Source: Octopus vulgaris (Eukaryota). Taken from it: 64,000 bases of DNA. The stretch spans positions 47,306,001 through 47,370,000 of the forward strand of contig OX597837.1 in assembly GCA_951406725.2 (NCBI GenBank), written 5' to 3'. The translations under genes were made by a program, and so were the position numbers. The notes beneath the pieces are model-generated. The model had not been told where the DNA came from, did not search any database, and was given only the letters and a program-made list of their open reading frames with translations. Every line of letters starts with the position of its first letter. Position 1 is the stretch's first letter. Of this stretch, positions 13,681 to 27,386 are shown in pieces.

Positions 13681-14522
13681 AAGTTCTTTAGCTAAAATAT
13701 GTGTATACAAGGGAAACTCCAATGATAGAAATATAAAAAAAATTGAATATTCGAATCTACAGCATAAAGCGTTTCGTCATCGTTGGTGGAAGAAATTAGC
13801 ATTATTTAGAGAGAAGTGCTTTTGAAACGGTTCTGCGCAAATGGAATGTAGAAATGTCGAGGGTATATTAAAAATGTAGTCTAAGGCTATAGAAAATAAA
13901 GGAAGTTTGAGTTTTCAGAAAAAAGCGTAATTAATAATTTTGGGATACACAATTATGATAACAGCTTCAAATTTTGGCACAGAGCCAGAAATTTTAGAGG
14001 AGGCAGCATAAGTCGAGTACATCGATCCAAGTGCTCAACTGGTACTTATTTTATCGACCCCAAAAGGACGAAAGGCAAATTCGACAAGCATTTTGTTCGG
14101 CGTGCTAACAGTTCTGCCAGTTCTCCGCCTGATTAATAATACAATGAAAACAATTGGATTTCTATATTTTTTTTCAAAATTTTAAACTTTAAAGCATAGA
14201 GTTTACAAGTACACCATTTGAAGTGTGTCAGAGTTTATACTTTTTCCATACAAAGTGTGTCAGTAATCTCCATTCCAATTTTCATTTGATCGCCAGTGAT
14301 CCATTAATATGTTAAATGTTTTATTTGATTAGATCCACAGAGCTCTATTAATGTTCTCGGTTTCACTAAAATTCTGAAAGGGTTTTAGTCGAACAAATTG
14401 ACCTGAATACTTATTTCTTTAAAGCCTGTTATTTAGTTTATCGATGGTTTTTGTCGGACCGCTAAGCTGTGGGGTAAGTAAACAAATCCACACCGGTTTC
14501 AAGTGGTGATAGGGGACAAACG

Positions 14523-15102
14523 TGTAGGGGGCTGAAGTGACTTACCATATCAAGTCGATATGATGTAACCCACTGCCAAACGTAGTGTGTAAATGTAACG
14601 TTCGGAGTAAGCAATGGATATCAAAGAATCAACACCAAGAAGGAAGAAATATTATTTACATGTAACGGTAAATTTTGTCTCATAGCTGGCTGGTTGTAAC
14701 CTTCTTTCTCCCTCTGTCTGTTTGTCTTTAGTGGTTGCCTGCTTGTGACCATAACTCTAGTTTGTCTCATTTCACTAACTGATGGTCGCTCTCACTAACT
14801 GATTTTGCCTTATCAAATTCTAGTATTTATAACTATCCAAACCCAACTAGAAGGAAAGGCATATCGTTGAGAACAATAGATTTCGTTGGAAGTCTGTTAT
14901 CTCTAGTCTCGCTTTTGGTGGCCTAGAAGAGGTTAGAAGTGTCAAGTGGCAAAGACATTATTTTGCTTGGCGAAGGCATCTGGCAAATGTAACTACTCAC
15001 AGAAAAACTATCGTTTCACCGCGAGAAAAGTGCTGTTGAACTGTTAAGTGAAATTTGGCGATCGAGATCGAATCCACGCTATGCCTGCATGAAGCCACTA
15101 CA
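14523..15102. mobile_element. Possible solo LTR
   Basis: Begins TGTAGGGGGC and ends GCCACTACA (TG..CA with a short imperfect terminal inverted repeat). No clear TSD. Confidence 0.4.
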
Positions 15103-15732
15103 TACAAATATTTTATTCGTTTGCCCGACAGGTAGTTAAAGAGACAGTTGTAACTGTAGTGATAGTGACAAAAAGGTTGACTCGTTGGTTAGTAGTTGAT
15201 AGTGTAGAAGTTGCTGTCTGTCAGTAGAGAGTGAAATAGTAAGGAATGCACGGTGCTGACTAGAAAGGAAGAAAGGATAAAAGTGGCATCGTCTTTCTTG
15301 CGGCCGAAAGCTTCTTTTTGTATGTCGAGCGAAGGGCGAAAGGGAAGTGCTACTCTTGGTTTGGCTGACACAAAAGAGGGCGTTGCTCCTTGGTCTAACT
15401 GGCATAAAAGAGGAAGTGATAGGAAATGTTCTTTGTTATGTAGACTATGATCAATAATGAAGGTCAAACCCTAAACAAAGGACTGACCTTTCCTTGGCCA
15501 GCACAGGCCCTTGGGGGTCAAGTGATTCCCCATCAATCATCTGGTGTGGAGAGGGTAGATTCGGTTTCAAATCTCAGGTAGGGCCATGCAGGGTCCCTAC
15601 AAATGCACACACACACACACTGATACACACACACACTGATACACACACACACACACACACTGATACACACACACACTATACACACACACCGATACACACA
15701 CACACACACACACACTATACACACACACCGAT

Positions 15733-15763
<31 letters not shown>

Positions 15764-15955
15764 AGCAACGGGCTTCATTCCGTTTCCATCAACCAAATTC
15801 ACTCACAAGGCATTGGTCGGTCCGGGGTTATAGTAGTAGACTTTTGCCGGGGTTATAGTAGTAGACTTTTGGCCAAGGTACCACGCAAAGCCAACTTCTT
15901 ACCATACAGCCACGTGTAAATATCTATTTCTTCACACAAGGTAAATAAATGATCT

Positions 15956-16291
15956 TGGAAGCACTCCGTCGGTTACGACGACGAGGGTTCCGGTTGATCC
16001 GATCAACGGAACAGCCTGTAAGTGGCTGAGCACTCCACAGACACGTGTACCCTTAACGTAGTTCTCGGGGATATTCAGCGTGACACAGGTACAACAGAAA
16101 CAGGAAGTAAGAGTGAGAGAAAGTTGTGGTGAAAGAGTACAGCAGGGATCACCACCATCCCCTGCCAGAGCCTCGTGGAGCTTTTTAGGTGTTTTCGCTC
16201 AATAAACACTCACAATGCCTGGTCTGGGAATCGAAACAGCGATCCTATGACCGCGAGTCCGCTGCCCTAACCACTGGGCCATTGCGCCTCC
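15956..16291 (-). mobile_element. tRNA-derived SINE with 14-bp target-site duplication
   Basis: Minus strand starts GGAGGCGCAATGGCCCAGTGGTTAGGGCAGCGG..GTTTCGATTCCC (A/B boxes). Flanked by TAAATAAATGATCT at 15942-15955 and 16292-16305. Confidence 0.9.
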
Positions 16292-16307
16292 TAAATAAAT
16301 GATCTAA

Positions 16308-17447
16308 TCTACCTTTATAAAAGAAGGAGAAAACACTTGCACACTTTGGCTTCAATGGCACTAGACGTTCCAGGATCGAGCTGAAAATTGGCAGGGATAC
16401 TAAATGCGACCCGCGATGGTTAAAATTCGCAAGCTGTGAAGATGTGGTTACTATGGCAAAAAGAGTGATTTAAAAAAAAAATATTTCAGCATTCAGAAAT
16501 AGATACGTTGTAAGGGGAACAACTCTGTAGTTCCTATGATTACACTTCCGAGTAACGACTCGACCTGAATATCAAGGTTACTTATCTGTTGCGAAACAAT
16601 ATGTTGCGTGTGTGTATGCGTGCGTGTGTGCGTGCGTGCGTAAGTGTGTGTGTGTGTGCGTGAGTAAGTGTGTGTGTGTGTGCGTAAGTGTGTGTGTGTG
16701 TGTGTGTGCGTGTTTGTGTGTGTGTGCGTGTTTGAGTGGTCTCTCCTCTTGTCTATTTATATAAATATTTTGGCAATCTTTCGCCTCTTGTAGACCTTTC
16801 CGTCGACTTCCGTAAAAAATCTTTTTTTTTTACATATGGGCTTGCGGGAACTTTTGAAGTAATGAGGGCGAAAGAGACTAAGAGAAAGCGATTGTATGAC
16901 GAGGGAAGTTCTTTTGACGTTACCGTCCAGGGGAAGCATTGATGTACATGTGTGTGTGTGTGTGTTTGATGGGGTGTGGGAGACAGACAGTATGTTGTGT
17001 AAGTGAAGTGCTTCTGTTAGTGTGTGTGAAGAGACAGAGTAATGTGTGAAAGAAAGAGATAACTGAAATTTTTTACTCGGTGTATGTGTATATGTATGTA
17101 TATTACTTCAAAAGTTCCCGCAAGCCCATATGTAACAAAAAAAAAATTTTTACGGAAATCGACGGAAAGGTCTACTAGAGACGAAAGATCGCCAATATTT
17201 TTCGAACAAAGTAAATAAATTATTTTTTAAAACAATGAATATAATTTTTTTACACAAATTAAATATGTTTCAAACAAAGTAAATAATTTTTTAAACTAAG
17301 CAAATAAATTATGTTTTATAAACAAAAACTAAGGTTGGGGTCAAAAAATGTATTCATTTGCACGCGCACACTTCGTTGTAGGATCGACTACTTACGACTA
17401 GCTAGCGCGGATGCGCGAGTGCGCGCACCGGGACCACTGTTCGCTAG
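16308..17447 (+). mobile_element. Non-autonomous Helitron-like element with an internal ~100 bp inverted repeat
   Basis: 5' TCTACCTTTATAAAAG; 3' GC-rich hairpin (CGGATGCGCG..CGCGCACCG) then CTAG|T. Internal inverted repeat 16764-16863 vs 17102-17199. Confidence 0.55.
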
Positions 17448-17653
17448 TAGTACGGGTTATATATACGTTAACAGGAAGTGAGCGAGGTAATATTTACATT
17501 TTCATAGTCTGATAATAGAAATTATATGAACACTACCAAATCGCTCCAACCATGGCGAGCTCAGCAGCGAACGAGGCAGGACCAGTGACGTCACAGCAGC
17601 TACTCGCCTGACGACTGCGCTAAAGTGATTAATACGAAAGGCAAACTCCGCCA

Positions 17654-17726
17654 GCCGAAATAGCTCAGTTGGGAGAGCGTTAGACTGAAGATCTAAAGGT
17701 CCCTGGTTCAATCCCGGGTTTCGGCA
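17654..17726 (+). tRNA. tRNA-Phe-GAA: tRNA-Phe (GAA)
   Basis: GCCGAAATAGCTCAGTTGGGAGAGCGTTAGACTGAAGATCTAAAGGTCCCTGGTTCAATCCCGGGTTTCGGCA: 73 nt, canonical cloverleaf, A and B boxes, anticodon GAA. Confidence 0.98.
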
Positions 17727-17746
17727 TCCGGAGGTTGGCAACAAGC

Positions 17747-17751
17747 TTTTT
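17747..17751 (+). terminator. Pol III oligo-T terminator of tRNA-Phe
   Basis: TTTTT about 20 nt after the tRNA 3' end. Confidence 0.75.
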
Positions 17752-18189
17752 AATTTAAAAAAAAATTTTTTTTTTTAGGGAATCGCAATGGAGAGAGTAA
17801 ATACTATATTGTGTAGCTGTAAATTGTTTATGTTTTAATTAAATCGTCTGTTTTCTCATTTTTGAAAAAAATTAGTTTTCCTTTTATAACTACTTAGATT
17901 TCCGTTTCGAGTTTCCCATTTTCAGTTTTATGTGAAATCTATTTCAAACCTCAATCTTGTTCGTTGTGGTTTTTTGTTTTTGTTGTTGTAATATGTAGTC
18001 TCCCCTTTTCGGTCTGTCAACATCTTTGGTCAACTGTTTTTATTCCTTATTTCAATGTGTCGCAATCAATTCCATTTCAGCGCTTTTACAACTTTCAAAA
18101 TGTCATTTGCTTTGGCTTCTTTTTCGGATCCATTTCAAGAATCTCTCCAATCCCATAAAAGTTGGAACTTTTCTTTAGGCACAAGAATG

Positions 18190-18327
18190 GCTGTGTTGCA
18201 ACTACGAGGTTCCGAATTCAGTCCCACTGCGTGGCACCGTGGGAAAGTGTCTTCTACAATAGCTCTGGGACGACCAATGAATTGTGGTTGAATTTGATAG
18301 ACGGAAATAGAGTGGATGCCCATCGCA

Positions 18328-18358
<31 letters not shown>

Positions 18359-18555
18359 TTGCTTGTCCCTCTCCCACCGCTTGACAACTGGTGTTGGTTT
18401 ATTTGCGGCCCCGTAATTTAGTGGTTTGACATAAGTGACGTCCAGAATAAGTACCAATTTTCAAAATTAAGTACTGAAACCGATTTGTTTGAGTAAGGAC
18501 TTCAAGGGGTTACTCCTGCATCACCGTTGTCCAATGACTGACACAAGTAAAAGAT
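18190..18555 (+). mobile_element. SINE with internal (GT)n
   Basis: Degenerate tRNA-like head (GGTTCCGAATTCAGTCCCACTGCGTGGCACC). Related minus-strand fragments at 14375-14520 and 15760-15900. Confidence 0.75.
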
Positions 18556-18559
18556 TTGT

Positions 18560-20600
18560 TAAAAATCGGTTGTATACTCCCTTCGAAGGCTTGTTCTTCG
18601 CTTTCCAAAATAGATCTAATCCTACAAAAGATCTGCCAGCCCAAAGTAAAAAGCCATTTTTATTTCTTTTTCTTTACTTGACCTGTGTTGTTGTGCCTGT
18701 AAAGTTTATCTCGAACAGGCAAAGCTCCCCGGTGGCACTGCCCGGCCAGAGACTTTTGGAAATTATCCATTGGTCCCGACCCGAAAGTTTTCCGGAAAAG
18801 AGCGAACAGCTTCTTCGACGCCCAAGGTCTCCCCAAAAACGTCGTAACACTTTTTCTCCACTAATCCTCTATAAAAAGCTAAAGTGGTCGTTCCACCAAT
18901 CGCACTGTCCGATTGACTGAGGGCTGTGAGAGCTTGAAGACATTCCACTTTCGAAAAGCTCCCCCCCCCCTCGGTCTCTGTTTCGCTCAAGACTGCAACT
19001 CCGTTAAGGAAACGAACTGCGGAAATTCATGTCTGGCGAACTGCGACACACCTATTCACCATCAAGGAAGCACTGGAGATGTCATAACTTCAGGGCATGT
19101 CTGTGCATCATCAGCCACGTTATGCCCAGTCCAACATGCAGTGGATGCTGACAGCAGATAGACCGCATCCCTTCCACAAGAATCGGAAGAGCATACGCTC
19201 CAGCGTAATCAAACGGTGACCAGGACAAGGTACGACGGTCAAATGATTGTAGAAGACGGACGCAATATACGTATTAGTCACCCACTGCCTGACTCTTCAG
19301 GGACAGCTTTCTCACGGCCCATTTCTGGGTGAGAGCAGTTACTCTGTTCGTTACCTCGTCCCATTTTGTGTCCATCTGGAGGTCCGGACCTAACCAGACC
19401 CCGAGTAATTTAACCGGTCCGCCCGTCCAGCATCAAACGAAGCAGTTGGACGACATGGACTTGCTTCTCCAGGTGCTGAGCTGCAAGCCCACTGATTTTT
19501 CTTGGTTAATTGTCTCTCCTGACACCGCTTTGTAGTCCCTGAGTGCGGTGCCGATCATTTCTATGTGTTTATGATCCGACGCGCATCTCCCACGTAACTA
19601 GGTCACACAGAATGCCTCTCAAAGCTTTCAGTTTGTGTAGTAGTGGCTTGAGAGTCAGTATGTACAAGAGAGACTAGAGGGGACAACCTTGCCGGTCGAG
19701 CGCATAATGTTGATCTCTCTGAGAGGTTACCGTTCACTCTTACCACTGAACAGATGTTGCTGTACATTGCAGCGACCCAGCCTCCGAATACAGGCCCGAA
19801 ACCAACTGCCTTGAGGACCACCGCCAGATATAGATGGTCGACCCTGTCGAAAGCTTAAGACTGATTTAGATTGATCAAGGCCCCACCCGTGCCAGGTTCT
19901 TTAGCCAATTTTTCAGTGATGTATCTCAAGAGGTGGTGGTTGTCGTGGGTGGGCCTTTTCGAGATGGCCCATGTCTGTGCCTCCTCTACCAGATCCCCGA
20001 TGACAAGTGCCAACCTCGTAGCTAATACACTGGCCAAAATTTTGAACTCTGCATTCAGCAGAGTTATGGTCCCAAGTTATCAAAACAATTCTCCCTTGTT
20101 CGGGTCTTTTCTCAGCAACGCTACCGCTCCTCGGCTCACAAAATTGAGAATTCTCCTATTCTGTTGCCTGTCGCAGTAAACGTTTGCTAAGAGGTCACCG
20201 AACAAGTCTGGCATGTAAGCGTTAAGCTCGTAGGGCAGACCATCCAAACCAGGCGATTTACCCCTCATGCAGCTAGCCATTGCTTCTCGTATTTCAAAGG
20301 CTGTTATCGGATTTCACATCGCTCCGCCTCCGTCGACGAGAGCCGCGGCAACCCGTCGAGGAAGGATGTAAAATCCACGCTGCCACCTGGCTCATCGCTA
20401 CTCCCGAACAGTTGAGCGAAGTGCCGCTGAAAGGCCTCACACATGTGTTCTGGGTCAGTTATCGTTTGCCCTTCGTATTTCGACAAGAATCGGATCGTGA
20501 ATTTATTGCCACGATGTACTTCTTCCACTCGGGTCCGTTCAACGGCGTTCGTCCCTTCGTCTCAAGTCCTCACACCTTAGCTCTGACAACGCAACCTTTG
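18560..20600 (-). mobile_element. Tx1/L1-clade LINE RT remnant
   Basis: 'GKSPGLDGLPYE', 'ASVLATRLALV', 'GALINLNQS..AFDRVDH' and 'GFGPVFGGWVAAMY'. Related to the 12.4-13.7 kb element. Confidence 0.88.
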
Positions 20601-23270
20601 AACAAAAATAGAAGGCACTGAACAGGAAGTATAATTCTGAAAGAAAGGGCCTGAAAGTGGTATTGGAGGAACTGAAACAGTGCCTCGTTGCAAAGAAAGC
20701 AAAGATGGTAACATACGACCAAAGAATGAAGGGTTACCAGCAAAATAGGTTATTCAGAGCAGAAGAGATTCTACAAAGAAATAAATGGAGAGTGTACAGA
20801 TGAAATGTTGATACCAGAGAACATTGAAAGTCAAAGGTTTTGGAGTGACATCTGGAGCAAAGGCAAGGAGCACAAGAAGGATGCTGAATAGTTGCAAGAA
20901 CTGAAACAAACAGTAGTCTGTCCAAAACAGGCAGAACTAATCATTTCAGTTAGGGAAGTGAAGGAAATCAGCAAAAAAATAGGCAACTGGAAGACCCCGA
21001 GACCAGATGGAGTTCAAGGCTACTGGATCAAAAGATTTGGTGAATGTCATGCACGAATAGCTGCACAACTGAACACCTTGTTAAATGCTGACCAGAGTGA
21101 TTGACATTGGGTAGGACAGTGCTGTGCTTGAAAAACACCGAAAAAGGCAATACGATATCCTGTTTGCCACTTATGTGGAAATTATTGACTGGAATAGCTG
21201 CAGAGTCAGTGTACGAACATCTGGGGGGGGGGATGGAGTCCTGCCACATGAGCAGAAGGGTTTCATGCGTAAGTGCAGAGCTGCCAAGGATCAACTCCTG
21301 GTAGACAAAACTGTACTTAGAGATTGCAAGAGGAGGAAAAGTAACTTAGCTATGTCATGGATCGATTATCGTAAGGCATACGATATGATCCCACATTCAT
21401 GGATTCTATGAACGTACTTGCTACTGCATCGAATGTTGAGCGATTGTTTGGAAAAAGTATGGCGAAGCGGAGGACGGAACGGACAGCATATGGAAGAAAT
21501 TTAGGGACAATAGAAATCAGGAGGGGCATCTTCCTTAGTCAGAAAGATCCTTGACCTAGTTACAACATTCTCAAAAGATGTAGGGTTGGAGTTTGGTCAA
21601 GATAGATGTTGGTACATGGCTGTAAAAAAGGGGGGGGACTAGTAATATCTCCATGAATGATTTGACTGTTTCCCCTGTATCTGACGAGGAATGTTACAAG
21701 TATGTAGGGAAGGATGAAAATATATCTTACAGTGATACATGTAACAAAACATGTGTCACTAAAGGATATTACAGCCGTCTAAAAAAAGTTGGACTTCAGA
21801 ACCTGATTTCAATAAAACAGTGACCAACAATGTGTTTGCAGTGCCAGTACTCATACCAACATACGGGCTGTTTGATTGGAAGTTTGATGAGATCCGAGCC
21901 ATTGATGTGAAAACCCGAAAAATTCTTACAAGCTCACATAATTTCCACATAAACAGTGACGTAGACCGCCTCTATCTAAAACGAAAACAAGGCGGCAGAG
22001 GCATAACATCAATCCAAAATGCTTTTGAATGTCACATCATATCCCTTCGGTAACATCTTTTAACCACCAAGTGTCGAAGTGCATCTCTTGATCAAGTTTG
22101 CATACATGAGGCTGATAATATCATGAGACTTGGAAGGCAGCTCCTTGAGCAACACTCTTTGTCTGATAACCTAGAAAACATGCCCAAAGAAGCCGCACGA
22201 CTCTACTGCAACATATCCTCAGATGAAAGGATGAGCCTATATGAGCAGAAGACTATACATGGAGATGTCAGTAGAAAGCTCCGTGATGATAGTATATCGA
22301 TCATCAAAGCAGTTTATCGTAGACCAATAGCCGGATTACTACCTCCCACTTTGAAGGGTATGCGTTTGCAATCCAGGAACAGGAAATATCAACCAAGTAC
22401 CTGATACACAAAAGGAATAGAGATACAGGACAAGCCGTAAAATGTGACAACCGATGCAGACTTTGTGGAGTTCACACTCAAGATATCATGCACATCATAA
22501 GCAGTTGTCCGAAAATGTCATCACAGTATTATCTGCCGATGACATATGATGCTGTAGCGAGGACACTCCATAGCGAAATCTGTCAGAAGCATAATTCTGG
22601 AAGACAAAGAAATAAGAACCCACAACATGATAGAAGCCTCTCATTATTAAAAGAAATACTGGTGGAATGTCTTAGTGAAGACCTCAACAAAATGTAAGCA
22701 TAACATCTTTGGGATAGAGAAGAGAAACTGTGTACAGTTGTGGAAATTAGCTGCCCAGCAGATGTTAACAGAAAGCTGAAGATCAGGAGAAAAGGGAAAA
22801 CCTCTGCTGAACTATTGAGGAATCTGCAGTTACTCTATCCAGATTAGAAGTTCAGGTTTATACCTGTAATTATTGGGGCCCTGGGATATGTAACACAGTG
22901 CTTAAATACCAATCTTGAGAAATTAGGCTTCTAAAGAACGGAACTTAAAAATCTGTAAAACTTTCCAGAAATTTATCATTTAAATATATACGAGCATGTC
23001 TAGAAATGCAACTATATGCATGAGAATACATACATAAAGGAAAACATACACACATACATACATACATACATACATACATACATACATACATACATGCATA
23101 CATACATACATACATACATACATACATACAGACAGACAGAGAGACAGACAGACAGACAGAAATACCCTGTTGTTGATGTTGAAAATTCCAATGGAGAAGC
23201 TTTGGATGTTGGTTAGAAAATGGTTCTTTCTCTATTGGAAAGAAATCTTGAAATAAACTGAATAATGACA
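20600..23270 (+). mobile_element. R4/Dong-like non-LTR retrotransposon remnant (RT, CCHC, RLE)
   Basis: 'NWKTPRPDGVQGYWIK', '[22 protein letters not shown]', 'DVDRLYLKRKQGGRG' and 'CRLCG..MHIISSCPKM'. Confidence 0.85.
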
Positions 23271-24529
23271 TACATACATACATACATACATGCATACATA
23301 CATGCATGCCCGTATGTATAGTCACATTTCTGATCTCGCTTCAATTCGGTTTCGAGCACTACCATCAGCTGATTGTGCTTTTAAACACGATTAGCACTCA
23401 CGTGGCTTTTTCAGTGCTGGTGAGACCTTTCACACTCTTTTGCATCGATGTGGCAATGCTGAGCGTCTCTTGAAGCAGGTGTCGAGAGAAATTGGCTCCT
23501 ACACTGACACGTGCCTTCAGAATAACATGGAACTTTTCTTTCACTTGTGTCTAGGGAGGGTGAATCCTCTTTTTTGCCTTTCTCAGTAACGGCTAGCCAT
23601 TATTATGCGATAAATAATAGAAATGTTCCTAAATATGTTAAAAATCCTGTGTGTGAATTTGTTTTTAAGTGGGAAAAGGCGTTGCACAAAGCCAGCTCCA
23701 CTTTCTGCACAGCGAGTGCATTTGACCAAAACGAGGAACTAGTCTACATCACTAGATGCAAATGATGTTTCATCAGAGACTTCTCTCTTCGAGACAGATG
23801 TTTAAAGAGAGACTGTGTTCGGCCAGCGGCTGGATGGCAATTGACCCTTCACCCACCCTTTGATAGGTTTCGTTTTATATTCTTCAGAGTATCCAATGAA
23901 AACTCTCTTTATCAGGCAGGCTTAGTAGGGTTTCCAGCTTCAGTGCCGACAGCCCGACGATGCGACAGGTCGAACTGGGTTCTATGATACCAGTAACACT
24001 AAGAGTAACATAAATGCATAGATCACTCAGAGTTACATTTTACATTTTCCACTTTCGCTAATTTGAAGAGCTTTTCAGACACACAATATTTTGAACCTGT
24101 AAATGTAGTGATTTCAGAGGATTTCTTTGTAATCTAGATGTTTAGAACCAGTTTCATTCATAACAGTTCAAATATTTTTTCACAGAATATAATGTAATTT
24201 GGTATCGTTACGAAATTATCTACATTCATTTATGTAAGTATGGATGGAAATGTGTAGTTATGTATATATATATATATATATATATATAAATGTACAAATA
24301 TGTATACACACACACATTTCTGTGTATGCGCGCACAGATGGCTACATATACAGATGCATGCATATGCATATGTATGCCACACACGCACATAGTTACAAGC
24401 TTACGTATACAAAGTATTCGGGATACATATTTTATGCCTATTTTTTTTCAGGAAGGGCTTCAGGTATTGTTGAACAATCAACGGCGATGGAGAGCATAAA
24501 GATTAAAGTTTAAGTTGATCAAACGTTTG

Positions 24530-25270
24530 CTGACTTGAAACACTGAAAGCCATTGGAAGACAAATACCTATATCAGGACGATTTGCGCCGGATGTCACAT
24601 TGCTGGCATTATGACTGCTGCTCGATACACTGTGAACACTGCAAAGGTTGTAAGACATGGATATCATGAAAACCAAGTTGCCCTAAACTGTGATGGTCAG
24701 TGGGTGTGTCTCCTGTGTGGGTGAAGCCATGCCGTTCCACACTTTTGGAAAGGGCCTAAGGCTTACTTCAGATGGTTATGTGACGATACTGGAGACTGTA
24801 TTGAAACCCTGGCTGGGGATTGTTACTACTGCTTGAAGGCCACGTTTGGAAGCAGAATTTGGATCTAACCATACTTTCAGAAAGAGTCAGAAATGGTTGT
24901 TGGAGAATTTCTACGGCTTTATCAGGTCCGTTTTCATGCCGCCTAATTTTCCCGATCGCAATCCGATGGATTACTATGCGTGGGGCAATTAGAAACAATA
25001 CCAACCGCTGTGTTTGCAACACCAAGGCCGAGTCGGTTGCCAAAATCAAGAAGGCGTCCCAAGATCTTCCCGACGACACAGTGAGGAACGCATGCGCCAG
25101 GTTCCGGAACCGTCTCGAAGCAGTGGTGGAAGTTGGGTGTGGTTACTCTGAGTAAACTGCTATCTCCCAGCCATAATCCAATTGATATCTTTTGCTCTTT
25201 TAAAATATCCTTAACTTACCTTAGGACATTGTGTTATCGATTCCTTGTGTGCAAACTTTAACCAGAACAC
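24530..25270 (+). mobile_element. Tc1/mariner transposase remnant
   Basis: Degenerate 'PPNFPDRNPMDYYAWG' (WPPNSPDLNP motif) and C-terminal 'NACARFRNRLEAVVEVGCGYSE'. Confidence 0.8.
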
Positions 25271-26421
25271 TCTTTATATGTCGATCATATTACAAACAAA
25301 ACTTCTTGAACCGTTTACATAATTTGACTGTCGCTCTGACAGCTTGGAGCTATAATCTTTTAGTAAGAGACGTTCTTTCTGGCTTTATGAAACCTATCCT
25401 CTCAAGATTGGCAGTGAGACAGTAGTTAGTCACGTAGCCAAGTGCACCAATAATCGTGACGATGGCTTAACTGTATACATGTATGTCAGAAGACGTCGCT
25501 GTGTATGTATATATGTATATATATGTTTGCATGTGGAGAGAGAAAGGGAAGATGAAAAAGTGAGAGAGAAAGAGAGATAGCTAGATAGATAGATAAATAG
25601 ACAAATAGAGCGAGAGAGAGAGGAATACAAAAACAGATGAATAGATGACAATATATGTAGGAGCTAAAAATAAAAACCAAGATTTTATTACAAAAAGTAA
25701 TTTTCATAATTTATGTCGAATTTATCACAGGTTTTTAAATAACTGATATAATTGTATTATTTATTACATAGATATGTATAGAGGGGTGTAAATATATGTG
25801 TGTATATATATGTGTGTGTGTGTATATGCATACATATATACACATTGTTTAATTTTATATACATATATTATTTGTACACGAGCATATATATATCCATATA
25901 TACACATATAAAACTTACTTGGAAGAGGATGCGTGGCGTTCAATTATATAATAATATAAATGATAAATATATATATATAAATATGGCTGTCTTAAGCACC
26001 ACAAAAATCATTCTCTTAGAAAACTACATATCAGGTTTCTGAAACAAAGAATAAAAAGGGAGCCGGGCGCTGCCCTTCCCTGTCTTAGACAAATATATAT
26101 ATATTTATATAACAAACAGTTATTATTTACAATGGTTATGCTAACGGCATCTGTTGTAACGTGTCGTATGTTCAACGGCATCCTTGTTAGCGGAGTCCGC
26201 TCAAAGCTGCAGAGTCTCTTCTTACTAACACAATGCTGTTGGAAATAGCATACGGGTTACACCTACTTTCCTTCGACCCGTCGAAGTTATATAGGAAATG
26301 TCGCTGTTTCTTCGATAATTTTAATGAGAAATAATTTCGCTTTATTAATCACCGGACAGATTGGCGAGGAATACATGTTGACTTTTTACTCTTCGTATTT
26401 TCCAAATAACCGAGTATAAGA

Positions 26422-26457
<36 letters not shown>

Positions 26458-27347
26458 CGTACGTGCGTGCGTGTCTTCTGTTCTTAATTATTTAAATTCT
26501 TCCTCTGAAGAAGGAGCTGGTTTCTAACCCAGACACAAAGCTCCATCTCTGGAATGTAGATAACGAAAACAATGTCACATTTTAAACCTGAGAAAAGTCT
26601 TGCATAACTTTATTGTTCCACTTATAGATTATATTTGTAATGTGAGAATCAGTTGGTTGATTACTTTTTCTGAAAACCCAAGCTTATCCAGATTAACCGA
26701 TTATTATTGTTATAAATGTAAATTTGTAATCCGGAAGCTGGAGGATTCGAAGCAGTTGTCCTTAGTTATCTTCTTTCTCTTTGATTTCCAAAGAGAGATT
26801 CACAGCAGCAGGACAGATGACCTTCTTTGATAATACATACTTTTCCCTGTCCGTCCCAAACAACAATATCCGGCCCGTTATGCTTATAACGCGATATATG
26901 AATACATACGTAAAGAAATGTCTGGAAGCACACTCACACACAAATACACATCCATGGAATCAGTTTGCTTCAGTAATTAATGCAGGTTTGAAACAGTTTA
27001 GCACAGCTTTCGACAGCCATCGAACCATTTCGATCCTGTAATTAATAATCATTGGTACAGTTTCATATTGTCAGTGATAGAATTTTGAAACAACCTGATG
27101 TTGCAGTCATTTACATAGTTTGATAAAGTCTTTCCATCAGATTGATCCAACGATTGAATCGATTTATATAACCAGCTGTATAGATTGATAGATTCTTTAT
27201 GAGTTCCATGATGTCATCGATATTTTGATACAAGTTCATAGGGGCTTTGTTATTGTTCGATACAGGCATTGATCCTCTGTAACAGAGGCATCGTTACTGT
27301 TTGATACATCAAACTGTTTGATACAGCATTGAATACACTTGATGCAG

Positions 27348-27386
27348 GCATTACTGTCACGTGTCAGAGACACGTGACAGTAATGC
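27348..27386. repeat. Perfect 18-bp inverted repeat with 3-nt loop
   Basis: GCATTACTGTCACGTGTC-aga-GACACGTGACAGTAATGC. Confidence 0.95.

Noticed and set aside
17502-17744. 80-aa ORF 'CRNPGLNQGPLDLQSNALPTELFR'
   Set aside because: Antisense translation of tRNA-Phe.
23320-24000. Possible LTR-like segment ending AGTAACA
   Set aside because: No matching opposite terminus, TSD or coding remnant could be confirmed by eye.
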